64,000 nucleotides of DNA, taken from a candidate division TM6 bacterium GW2011_GWF2_28_16 (GTDB lineage: Bacteria; Patescibacteriota; Microgenomatia; UBA1400; PJMF01). Both the position numbers and the translations under genes were made by a program. This document shows, piece by piece, positions 56,888-64,000 of this stretch (the stretch's first letter is position 1; each line of letters begins with the position of its first letter). Below the pieces are notes generated by a model that worked only from the letters and a program-made list of their open reading frames with translations, searched no databases and was not told the origin of the DNA. The stretch spans positions 398,936 to 462,935 of the forward strand of contig CP011212.1 of assembly GCA_001029715.1 (NCBI GenBank), read 5' to 3'.

Positions 56888-58168
56888 TTATCTTTTACCA
56901 ATGCCCAAATATTGATATTGCCAATTTTTAACTCTTTCTGGATTAAATTGATTACGACAGTCAATGAAAGTTTGTTTTTTGTTATTTTTAACTTTAGAAA
57001 AATCAAAACTAATAATCTCTGGCCATTCAACTACTGCCATAATGATGTCAGCATTTTCACAAGCTTCTTCAATCGAGGAAAATTGTTGATGATTGTCGGT
57101 TGCTAGAGGATTATATTTAGCCATTGGATCGTAGCTTCTGACTTTAGCTTTTTTATCGCTTAAAAATGGAATAATTTTTGTCGACGGAGCTTCTCTCATA
57201 TCGTCAGTGTTAGGTTTAAAAGATAAACCCAAGATGGCAATAGTTTTGTCTTTGAAGCCACCCGACTCTTCAGCAAATTTCTTTAGAAGTCTGAAGATGC
57301 GATCTTTATTGATTTCATCAACGCGATTGAGTAAATTACCACTTTCCCCAACAGTGCGTGAATAAGCGGCCAATTCCTTAACATCTTTAGGGAAGCAAGA
57401 ACCCCCATAGCCTAAACCTGGATACCAGTAGTGTTGGCCAATTCTTTTATCGTAACCAATAGCCTTAATGACTTCTTCAATATCAGCGCCATTTTTTTCA
57501 CAAAGATTAGCAACTTCATTAATAAAAGTAATACGAGTAGCCAAATAAGAGTTGGCAGTGTATTTGGCCATTTGTGCCGAAGCGACTTTACAATGAACAA
57601 CTGGAGCTTTAAGCGTTTTGTGCAATTCTTCTAATTTTGTAAAGACGAAGTCATCTTCAGCACCAATGACAATTCTGTCAGGATTAAGAGTGTCAAAAAC
57701 AGCTGAGCCTTCTCTTAAGAATTCTGGTAAAGAAGCACCATAGAATTTAGTTGATATTTTTTCCTTGATGACAGAGATCACTTTTTCTAAAGTTCCTGGA
57801 GGAACAGTTGATTTAATGACTACAATGGCATTTTCTTTAAGATAGGGAGCAAGCGATTCTGCACTAGCTAAGACGTATTTTAAGTCAGCTGTGCCGTCTG
57901 AAGCCGATGGAGTTCCAACAGCGATAATGATGATTTCTGCCTCATTGATGGCTTCTTGATAAGAAGTGGTAAAACGTAATTTTCCTTTAGCTTGCTGTTC
58001 TAGCAATAATTCCTGCAAATCTGGTTCATAGAAAGGCACTTGGCCTTTTTCTAAGAGTTTAATTTTATTTTCATCAATATCTAAACCAATGACTTGGTTT
58101 CCGAAAGAGGCGTAGACTGCAGCTGAGACAACCCCTACGAAACCAGTGCCAATAACTGTTACTTTCAT
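56888..58168 (-). CDS. ugd: UDP-glucose/GDP-mannose 6-dehydrogenase family enzyme
   Basis: MKVTVIGTGFVGVVSA (NAD binding) and catalytic GGSCFPKD. Confidence 0.8.
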   Translation of the reverse strand: MKVTVIGTGFVGVVSAAVYASFGNQVIGLDIDENKIKLLEKGQVPFYEPDLQELLLEQQAKGKLRFTTSYQEAINEAEIIIIAVGTPSASDGTADLKYVLASAESLAPYLKENAIVVIKSTVPPGTLEKVISVIKEKISTKFYGASLPEFLREGSAVFDTLNPDRIVIGAEDDFVFTKLEELHKTLKAPVVHCKVASAQMAKYTANSYLATRITFINEVANLCEKNGADIEEVIKAIGYDKRIGQHYWYPGLGYGGSCFPKDVKELAAYSRTVGESGNLLNRVDEINKDRIFRLLKKFAEESGGFKDKTIAILGLSFKPNTDDMREAPSTKIIPFLSDKKAKVRSYDPMAKYNPLATDNHQQFSSIEEACENADIIMAVVEWPEIISFDFSKVKNNKKQTFIDCRNQFNPERVKNWQYQYLGIGKR

Positions 58169-58171
58169 AAA

Positions 58172-58202
58172 TTAACTTTCTATTTTGTTTATCTTGTATA
58201 AT
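58172..58202 (+). promoter_or_regulatory. Candidate promoter for trmD (TTAACT-N19-TATAAT)
   Basis: Perfect TATAAT at 58197-58202, 33 nt upstream of the trmD ATG, in the divergent ugd/trmD spacer. The -35 is weak and the spacing long. Confidence 0.3.
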
Positions 58203-58234
58203 AGCAGAGAACATATCTAATTTATCACGATTTT

Positions 58235-58873
58235 ATGAAAATTAATATTTTAACTATTTTTCCAGATTTCTTTAAGACTCCTCTTGAAACTTCGATCTTA
58301 AAGCGTGCTTTGGCTAAAGAAGCGATTGAGTTTAAGATTATAAATTTGCGTGATTTTGCGGAGGGTAAACATCAAACTACCGATCAGCGACCTTTTGGTG
58401 GTGGTCCAGGCATGGTCATGATGATTGAGCCTATTGATAAGGCTTTGCAGTCTTTAGGTCTTAGTAAGGGTCAAAAAAATAAAAGAATTCTTTTAACTTC
58501 TGCCAAAGGTAATTTATTTACTCAAGAAGTAGCCAGAGATTTTTCTTCTTTAGATGAATTAACCTTAATTTGTGGTCATTATGAAGGAGTTGATGAAAGA
58601 GTTGCTTTGTACTTAATAGATGCAGAAATCAGGATTGGTGACTATGTTTTAACCGGTGGTGAAACAGCTTCTTTAGTTATTGCTGACGCCGTAACAAGGC
58701 TAATTCCAGGTGTTTTAGGCAACGAGCTAAGTAATCAAGACGAATCACATAGCCAGCCTGGTAAAATGGCTCATCCACAGTTTACCAAACCAGTTGAATA
58801 CAAGGGTTGGAATGTGCCAGAAGTTTTACTTTCTGGAAATCATCAAAAAATTAAAGATTGGCGCACTCACTAA
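58235..58873 (+). CDS. trmD: tRNA (guanine37-N1)-methyltransferase
   Basis: INILTIFPDFF, RPFGGGPGMVMM, LICGHYEGVDERV, GDYVLTGGE. Complete SPOUT knot motifs. Confidence 0.85.
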   Translation: MKINILTIFPDFFKTPLETSILKRALAKEAIEFKIINLRDFAEGKHQTTDQRPFGGGPGMVMMIEPIDKALQSLGLSKGQKNKRILLTSAKGNLFTQEVARDFSSLDELTLICGHYEGVDERVALYLIDAEIRIGDYVLTGGETASLVIADAVTRLIPGVLGNELSNQDESHSQPGKMAHPQFTKPVEYKGWNVPEVLLSGNHQKIKDWRTH

Positions 58874-59735
58874 TTACTTCTTTGATAGTTTTTTGCTTAA
58901 AATCTAAAATATTTTTGATTTTATCAATATTTAAAGCAGTATTTTTTTGATAAGGACGGTTGCTTGTCTCTAAATATTTAGCCAAAGAACCTGCTTTAAG
59001 ATCAAAATTAAGAGCAAACTTTTCATTAATAAGCTTGGCAAACTCAAAGTCTGTCCAGGATTCACCAGATGTAGCGTGATAAATTCCGGTCATTTTTTTA
59101 TTAATTACAAAGTCGATAATTTTAACGAAATCATTAATATAAGTTGGTCCGAAGTAATGATCACTAAACTGTGGATAAAGTTTGTTATTTTTCATGCCGT
59201 CTATAATTCTGTGCAAGGTGTCAACTTTTTCAAAAGCATCACTTCTGAAAGGTTGGTCGATACGCAAAATTGTCCAATCAATATTACTATTGGTAATGGC
59301 TTCCTCAGCCAAAGCTTTAGTTTTGCCATACCATTCAATTGGGTTAGTTTTGTCAGTTTCGACATACATTTCTTTTTTTTCACCGTCAAAAACATAAGCA
59401 GTGGAAAGGTGAATCAGATGTTTGCCTGTTTCTGCACAAGCTTTAACTAAGTTTTCCGTACCTCTCACGTTAACCGCATAACAAACTCCATTTACATCTC
59501 CAGTTTGTTGCCAAGCTCCGGTGACATCAGTGTAAGCTGCCATATGAACTACGAATTTAGAATCTGAAGTAGATAAAACAGACATGACTTGTTTTTCGTT
59601 GGTAATGTCAATTGGTCTAGATTCGTTGCGTAGATCTAAATTATCAAATTCATATTTATCTGCAAAATCTTTGACAAATCTAGAGCCAACTAGTCCGTTT
59701 AAACCAGTACCGAGAAGAGGAATTTTATTATCCAT
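58851..59735 (-). CDS. rmlD: dTDP-4-dehydrorhamnose reductase
   Basis: LLGTGLNGLVGSRF, YGKTKALAE (YxxxK); RmlD-like length of 294 aa. 23-nt convergent overlap with trmD. Confidence 0.7.
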   Translation of the reverse strand: MDNKIPLLGTGLNGLVGSRFVKDFADKYEFDNLDLRNESRPIDITNEKQVMSVLSTSDSKFVVHMAAYTDVTGAWQQTGDVNGVCYAVNVRGTENLVKACAETGKHLIHLSTAYVFDGEKKEMYVETDKTNPIEWYGKTKALAEEAITNSNIDWTILRIDQPFRSDAFEKVDTLHRIIDGMKNNKLYPQFSDHYFGPTYINDFVKIIDFVINKKMTGIYHATSGESWTDFEFAKLINEKFALNFDLKAGSLAKYLETSNRPYQKNTALNIDKIKNILDFKQKTIKEVISECANL

Positions 59736-59748
59736 GATGAAACCTTTC

Positions 59749-60765
59749 TTATGTGTCGTATTGTTTATTAAAATAAGCTTGATTGTTTGTTTTGAGTGGT
59801 CTCCACCAATTTTGATTATTTTGATACCAAGCCACAGTTTTTTTTAAGCCTTCTTCCAAACTCACGCTAGGTTGCCAACCCAAAGCTTCTTGGGTTTTTG
59901 TAAAATCAACACTATAACGACGATCGTGACCAGGACGATCTTTGATATACTCGATGGCATTTTCGTCTTTACCCATAATCTTAATAATCATTTTGATCAG
60001 ATCAAGATTATTAACATCTTTATAAAGTCCACCGAAAAGATAAGTTTTGGCATTTTCGCCATTTTGTAAGATTAGATCGATGCCTTTACAGTGATCTTGA
60101 ACATAAAGCCAGTCCCGCACATAAAGTCCATCACCATAAATAGGGACTTTTTTATCATCAATTAAATTGGTGATGGCTAGGGGAATCATTTTTTCTGGGA
60201 AATGATATTCGCCATAATTATTAGAGCAGTTGCTTAAAGTAAATGGTAGACCATAGGTGTCGCCATAAGCGCGCACCAGATGATCAGAAGCGGCTTTTGA
60301 GGCAGAATAAGGACTATGAGGATTATAAGCTGTTTCTTCATTGAATTTTTCATTAGAGCCAAGTTCTAAAGCTCCAAAAACTTCATCAGTCGAAATATGA
60401 TGAAAACGTTTGACTTTGTGTTTGAGAGCGGCGTCTAGTAAAACCTGTGTGCCGAGAATATTAGTTTCAAGGAAAATAGCAGGTTCCATGATGGAACGAT
60501 CGACGTGAGATTCGGCAGCAAAATGAACAACCACGTCTACGTCTTCCATAATTTTATTGACGAGCTGACCATCTCTAATGTCACCTTGAATAAATTTATA
60601 TTGAGGATTGTTTTCAATATCCTTTAAAGTGCTGAGGTTGCCGGCATAGGTCAATAAATCTAGATTAATAATTTTATCTTCAGGATGATTCTGGAGATAA
60701 TAATGAACGAAGTTGGAACCGATAAAACCAGCACCACCAGTGATGAGTAAAGTTTGACTTTGCAT
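59749..60765 (-). CDS. rmlB: dTDP-glucose 4,6-dehydratase
   Basis: LLITGGAGFIGSNFV, TDEVFG, YSASKAASDHLVRAY, RPGHDRRY. Classic RmlB blocks. Confidence 0.85.
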   Translation of the reverse strand: MQSQTLLITGGAGFIGSNFVHYYLQNHPEDKIINLDLLTYAGNLSTLKDIENNPQYKFIQGDIRDGQLVNKIMEDVDVVVHFAAESHVDRSIMEPAIFLETNILGTQVLLDAALKHKVKRFHHISTDEVFGALELGSNEKFNEETAYNPHSPYSASKAASDHLVRAYGDTYGLPFTLSNCSNNYGEYHFPEKMIPLAITNLIDDKKVPIYGDGLYVRDWLYVQDHCKGIDLILQNGENAKTYLFGGLYKDVNNLDLIKMIIKIMGKDENAIEYIKDRPGHDRRYSVDFTKTQEALGWQPSVSLEEGLKKTVAWYQNNQNWWRPLKTNNQAYFNKQYDT

Positions 60766-60767
60766 AA

Positions 60768-60938
60768 TTAAAAATCCATTTCTTCTATTTTAGTTTCTAG
60801 TTTTTCTAGCTTGTTTTCTAAAAGTTTGTATTTTTTCTTTTCCACACTCAGAGAAGACTGATAAAAACCTGCCATAAAAGCTAAGACGATAATTGCAACC
60901 AGCATCAGACGAATAAGATTTTTAGTTGAAGATGGCAT
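60768..60938 (-). CDS. Candidate 56-aa single-TM/coiled-coil micro-protein bridging LCP and rmlB
   Basis: MPSSTKNLIRLMLVAIIVLAFMAGFYQSSLSVEKKKYKLLENKLEKLETKIEEMDF. Its TAA stop sits 2 nt before the rmlB ATG and it overlaps the LCP stop by 17 nt. Below the ORF-track cutoff. Confidence 0.3.
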   Translation of the reverse strand: MPSSTKNLIRLMLVAIIVLAFMAGFYQSSLSVEKKKYKLLENKLEKLETKIEEMDF

Positions 60939-62031
60939 TGATACTTTCTGTAAATTTAATTTGATCTTTTATTTGATAGATCCATTGTTGTTTACTCTGC
61001 CAGAGCGGAGGATTGAAGATGACTCCGTTTTCATCATCTGGATAAATGCTTAATTGATGCTTTTCAAAAGAAATCTCTGTAGAAGTATTTTTACTTATAT
61101 AATCAATAAAAACAGTTCCAATTTGGATAATTTCTTCAGTACTAATATTTTTAGCGAAACGATCTAGATAAAAACGATAGAGCTGCCCAAATACTTCTGG
61201 GTTTCTAGTTTTTAAGATTTTATCAAAAATAGCTTCTAAAACTAATTGCTGTCTTTGAGCTCTTGCTTCATCAGTGCCCTCATCTCCCTCGCTGTGGCGA
61301 CTACGCATGTATTTCAAAGCCAGACTGCTATCCATTTCTTGAAAGCCAGTCTTAAAACTAACCTCTTCATAAAGTAATTTAGGATCAGTAATTTCACTAA
61401 CATCTACATCTTGAATTGGGAAAAGAGGATCGGTAAAAGCAATTGGCACGTCAATTTCTACTCCACCAAGGATATCAATCATTTTTTCTAAATCTTCAAT
61501 GCCCATGACAATGGTGTGATCTGCCTTAAAATTGCTAATTTCAGCAATGACTTCTTCTGGGAATTTCTCTGGAGTTTCTGGATATCTATCTTTGCCATAA
61601 AAATATAAAGCGTTAATTTTAGTCTGATAATTTTCTACGTATAAATCTCTTGGCAAGGAAAGAGTTTTGATTTTGCCATTTTTAAAGTCTGCTTGTAAAA
61701 GCATGACTGTGTCAGTTAGTTCTGGATCTCCATCTCTGCCACTGAGCTTATCGGTTCCTAGGATTAAAAAATTATATTTTTGAGCTAATTCCGAGACATT
61801 ATTTAAATTATCTTGAAATTGATTTAGAGAAATCGAAGCGGTATCAAGAACTTCTTCTTTGCTAAGTTCAGCTGCCTTGGCGAAGTCTTTAATGATTTTG
61901 TTAGTTTTGATGCTAAAGTAGATAAAAAGTGAAATAAAACTTAAAAATAAGAGTCCAAAGAACCAAAGTATCAATTTAAAAATAAGACTTGGCTTCTTAT
62001 ACTCGAGAGTAACAGTTAAATCTTGTTTCAT
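60922..62031 (-). CDS. LytR-CpsA-Psr (LCP) family glycopolymer phosphotransferase
   Basis: N-terminal TM; LCP core FLILGTDKLSGRDGDPELTDTVMLLQ and R-rich motif YMRSRH. Confidence 0.75.
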   Translation of the reverse strand: MKQDLTVTLEYKKPSLIFKLILWFFGLLFLSFISLFIYFSIKTNKIIKDFAKAAELSKEEVLDTASISLNQFQDNLNNVSELAQKYNFLILGTDKLSGRDGDPELTDTVMLLQADFKNGKIKTLSLPRDLYVENYQTKINALYFYGKDRYPETPEKFPEEVIAEISNFKADHTIVMGIEDLEKMIDILGGVEIDVPIAFTDPLFPIQDVDVSEITDPKLLYEEVSFKTGFQEMDSSLALKYMRSRHSEGDEGTDEARAQRQQLVLEAIFDKILKTRNPEVFGQLYRFYLDRFAKNISTEEIIQIGTVFIDYISKNTSTEISFEKHQLSIYPDDENGVIFNPPLWQSKQQWIYQIKDQIKFTESINAIFN

Positions 62032-62088
62032 TAAACTTGAGTATATTGGAAAAGTCGCTTATTTTCAAAGAGAAAAAAGTCGAATAGA

Positions 62089-63594
62089 ATGAAAGTTAAT
62101 ATGGATGAACACGAAATTTTACCAACTGATGACCTGACAAGTGAGTTGAGTGGTGAGGAAATTGCAGAAATTAAGAAAAAATCCGTCAAGGGTGTTGTCT
62201 CTTTTTTCGCACGAACCATAATTTTGCAAGGAGTTGGTTTGGTTTCAGCCTTCATATTAAGTGCTTTTCTATCTCCAGAAGATTTTGGTATTTTTGGGAT
62301 TGTTACGCAAATTATTGCTTTGCTTGTTTTCTTTTCTGACATCGGATTAGCAGCAGCTCTAATTCAAAAAAAAGCTGAGCCTACGGAAGATGACTATAAA
62401 ACGGCTTTCACAGTGCAATTAATTTTGGCTTGGACAATTTTCTTTATTGTTCTGGCAATTATTAAATTAGGTTTTTTAAATGTAAAAATTGGCAACGAAG
62501 GAATTCTAGTACTTTTAGCCTTGGCAATTTCTTTTCCTTTGGCAACTTTCAAAACCATTCCTTCAATTATTCTTGAGAGAAAATTAGACTTTAATAAATT
62601 AGTTTTGCCACAAATTTTTGAGCAAGTGGTTTTTCATTCAATTTTAATAGTTATGGCCTGGAAAGGTTATGGCGTAGCTTCTTATTTTTATGCTATTTTA
62701 TTTCGTAGCGTCATTGGTTTAATAGTGATTCAAATTTTGCAACCTTGGTTTCCAAAAATTAAAATTGATAGGCAGTCACTCAAAGGTTTACTTAGTTTTG
62801 GTTTCAAATTTCAACTCAATGATTTTTTAGCCCGCATCAAAGATCAGCTTTATTTCTTGGTTCTAGGAGCATTCTTGCCACTTAAAGATTTTGGCTACAT
62901 GCAGTGGTCAAAAAATTGGTCTATGTATCCATATAATTTAACTGTGCAGAATGTCATGTCAATTACTTTTCCAACTTTTTCGAGATTACAAAATCATAAA
63001 GATTTACTTAAAAAAGCCATTGAGAAATCACTTTATTTTATTTCTTTATTTATTTTTCCAATCTTAATTGGCATGTCTATCTTTATTTATCCTTTAACTG
63101 AGCTGGTGGATAAATACACTAAATGGCAGCCAGCGATCTTTTCTTTTGTTTTATTCTCACTTAGTGTGGCTTGGTCGGCAATTTCAACTCCACTTATTAA
63201 TAGTCTAAATGCGATTGGCAAGATTAACCAAACTTTGAAATTAATGACCATGTGGACTGTTTTAACTTGGGTTTTAACTCCAGTCTTAGTTTGGAAATTT
63301 GGTTTTAATGGCGTAGCTATTGCTGCTTTTTTAATATCTTTTACTTCTATTTTTTCAGTATTCATGACCAAAAAATATGTAGCTATAGAAGTGATGAGAA
63401 ATATTTGGCCACAATTAGTAGCAAGTCTTTTTATGGCTGTTTTTGGATTTTTAGGAATCAAATATTGGGGCTTAAGTTATCGTAATTTCTTTTTTGGTGG
63501 TTTTGCTTCATTTTTACTTTATGCTGTGGTGTTTTTTGTCTTATCTAAGAATAGGTTTTTAGAGGAAATTAAAAGTTTAAGAAAAAATTTATGA
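62089..63594 (+). CDS. Polysaccharide/oligosaccharide flippase (Wzx/MOP superfamily)
   Basis: 501 aa with ~14 TM and a short soluble N-terminus; typical MOP-flippase topology. 4-nt overlap with the next gene. Confidence 0.6.
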   Translation: MKVNMDEHEILPTDDLTSELSGEEIAEIKKKSVKGVVSFFARTIILQGVGLVSAFILSAFLSPEDFGIFGIVTQIIALLVFFSDIGLAAALIQKKAEPTEDDYKTAFTVQLILAWTIFFIVLAIIKLGFLNVKIGNEGILVLLALAISFPLATFKTIPSIILERKLDFNKLVLPQIFEQVVFHSILIVMAWKGYGVASYFYAILFRSVIGLIVIQILQPWFPKIKIDRQSLKGLLSFGFKFQLNDFLARIKDQLYFLVLGAFLPLKDFGYMQWSKNWSMYPYNLTVQNVMSITFPTFSRLQNHKDLLKKAIEKSLYFISLFIFPILIGMSIFIYPLTELVDKYTKWQPAIFSFVLFSLSVAWSAISTPLINSLNAIGKINQTLKLMTMWTVLTWVLTPVLVWKFGFNGVAIAAFLISFTSIFSVFMTKKYVAIEVMRNIWPQLVASLFMAVFGFLGIKYWGLSYRNFFFGGFASFLLYAVVFFVLSKNRFLEEIKSLRKNL

Positions 63595-64000
63595 AGAAGA
63601 ATTTTTTGCTTTATTTAATTTTTTTTCTTGTCTTGTTTAGTCATTTTTTTCTTTTAAAAGATGGGGTTATTCCTTTTCAATTTGATCATGGTAAAGATTC
63701 TCTAGCAGTCATGGACATGTGGTTAAATAAAAACCCCAAATTAATCGGTCCGTGGACGAGTATTCCTGGTTTGTATTTTGGTCCAGCTTGGTATTATTTA
63801 CTCTTGCCAGCTTTTCTAATTGGGGCTTGGAATCCAGTCTCTGCAGTTTGGTTGATGGTTTTATTACTTTTGGTACAAATTTATTTAGCCTATCGTTATT
63901 TAGGTAAAGAAGAAGCCTTTATTATGGCGACTGCACCAATGTGGTTAATGATTTCTACTAGTGCTTGGAACCCATTCCCAATGACTTTTGTTTCACTTAT
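63591..64000 (+). CDS. GT-C-type membrane protein, 5' fragment (paralog of 52229..53773; continues past window end)
   Basis: MKKNFLLYLIFF...FQFDHGKDSLAVMDMWLNKNPKLIGPWTSIPGLYFGPAWYY aligns block-for-block with the N-terminus of the 52229 gene. Confidence 0.5.
   Translation, partial: MKKNFLLYLIFFLVLFSHFFLLKDGVIPFQFDHGKDSLAVMDMWLNKNPKLIGPWTSIPGLYFGPAWYYLLLPAFLIGAWNPVSAVWLMVLLLLVQIYLAYRYLGKEEAFIMATAPMWLMISTSAWNPFPMTFVSL

Noticed and set aside
62031-62342. 103-aa minus-strand ORF
   Set aside because: It lies entirely antisense to the start of the Wzx-like flippase gene (62089..63594), with Pro/Lys/Ser-rich low-complexity translation. This is a shadow ORF.
1-64000. CRISPR arrays, rRNA genes, transposases and other insertion sequences
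   Set aside because: No regularly spaced direct repeats, no rRNA-like conserved stretches and no transposase-like ORFs were detected by eye on either strand.

Overview
This 64-kb window is AT-rich and very gene-dense, with genes on both strands, many gene-end overlaps of 1-60 nt and very short intergenic spacers. It reads like a small-genome, fermentative, CPR/Patescibacteria-like or reduced Gram-positive-type bacterium. Genetic code 11 applies: TAA, TAG and TGA all act as stops.

Housekeeping core: metG (5' fragment), rmuC, aspS, D-Ala-D-Ala carboxypeptidase, gltX, ybeY, dnaX-ybaB, rdgB, a class I fbaB, a P-type cation ATPase, rmlA, frr, rseP, secDF, cca, recJ, prmC, xth and trmD. Two tRNAs are present, Glu(CUC) and Gln(CUG), both on the minus strand.

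Metabolic module: pflB-pflA followed by an ADP-forming acetyl-CoA synthetase, then a fused coaD-coaE.

The last ~15 kb is a cell-envelope glycan or protein-glycosylation locus. It holds gmd plus an rmd/fcl-like reductase, ugd, rmlB/rmlD, two GT2 genes (one fused to GtrA), four GT-C-type membrane paralogs, an LCP ligase and a Wzx-like flippase, with trmD oddly embedded.

Unexplained or most interesting:
(i) An ~800-bp non-coding, hairpin-rich region upstream of aspS with attenuator-like alternative structures. It also holds two strongly-RBS'd micro-ORFs, one zinc-knuckle-like with a tandem terminator.
(ii) Two large acidic proteins of unknown function beside tRNA-Glu, followed by a cluster of small secreted or anchored proteins that includes a CAP/SCP protein.
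(iii) Two paralogous wHTH-nucleotidyltransferase genes. One sits behind a perfect 10-bp palindrome. The other translationally overlaps a sensor-less soluble histidine kinase. Nearby are an atypical response regulator (phospho-acceptor Asp replaced by Glu) and an orphan HATPase-only protein.
(iv) A GT4 glycosyltransferase split by one in-frame TAA.
(v) A candidate small-RNA/attenuator region at 46.56-46.77 kb.

No CRISPR array, rRNA, transposase or integrase was seen.
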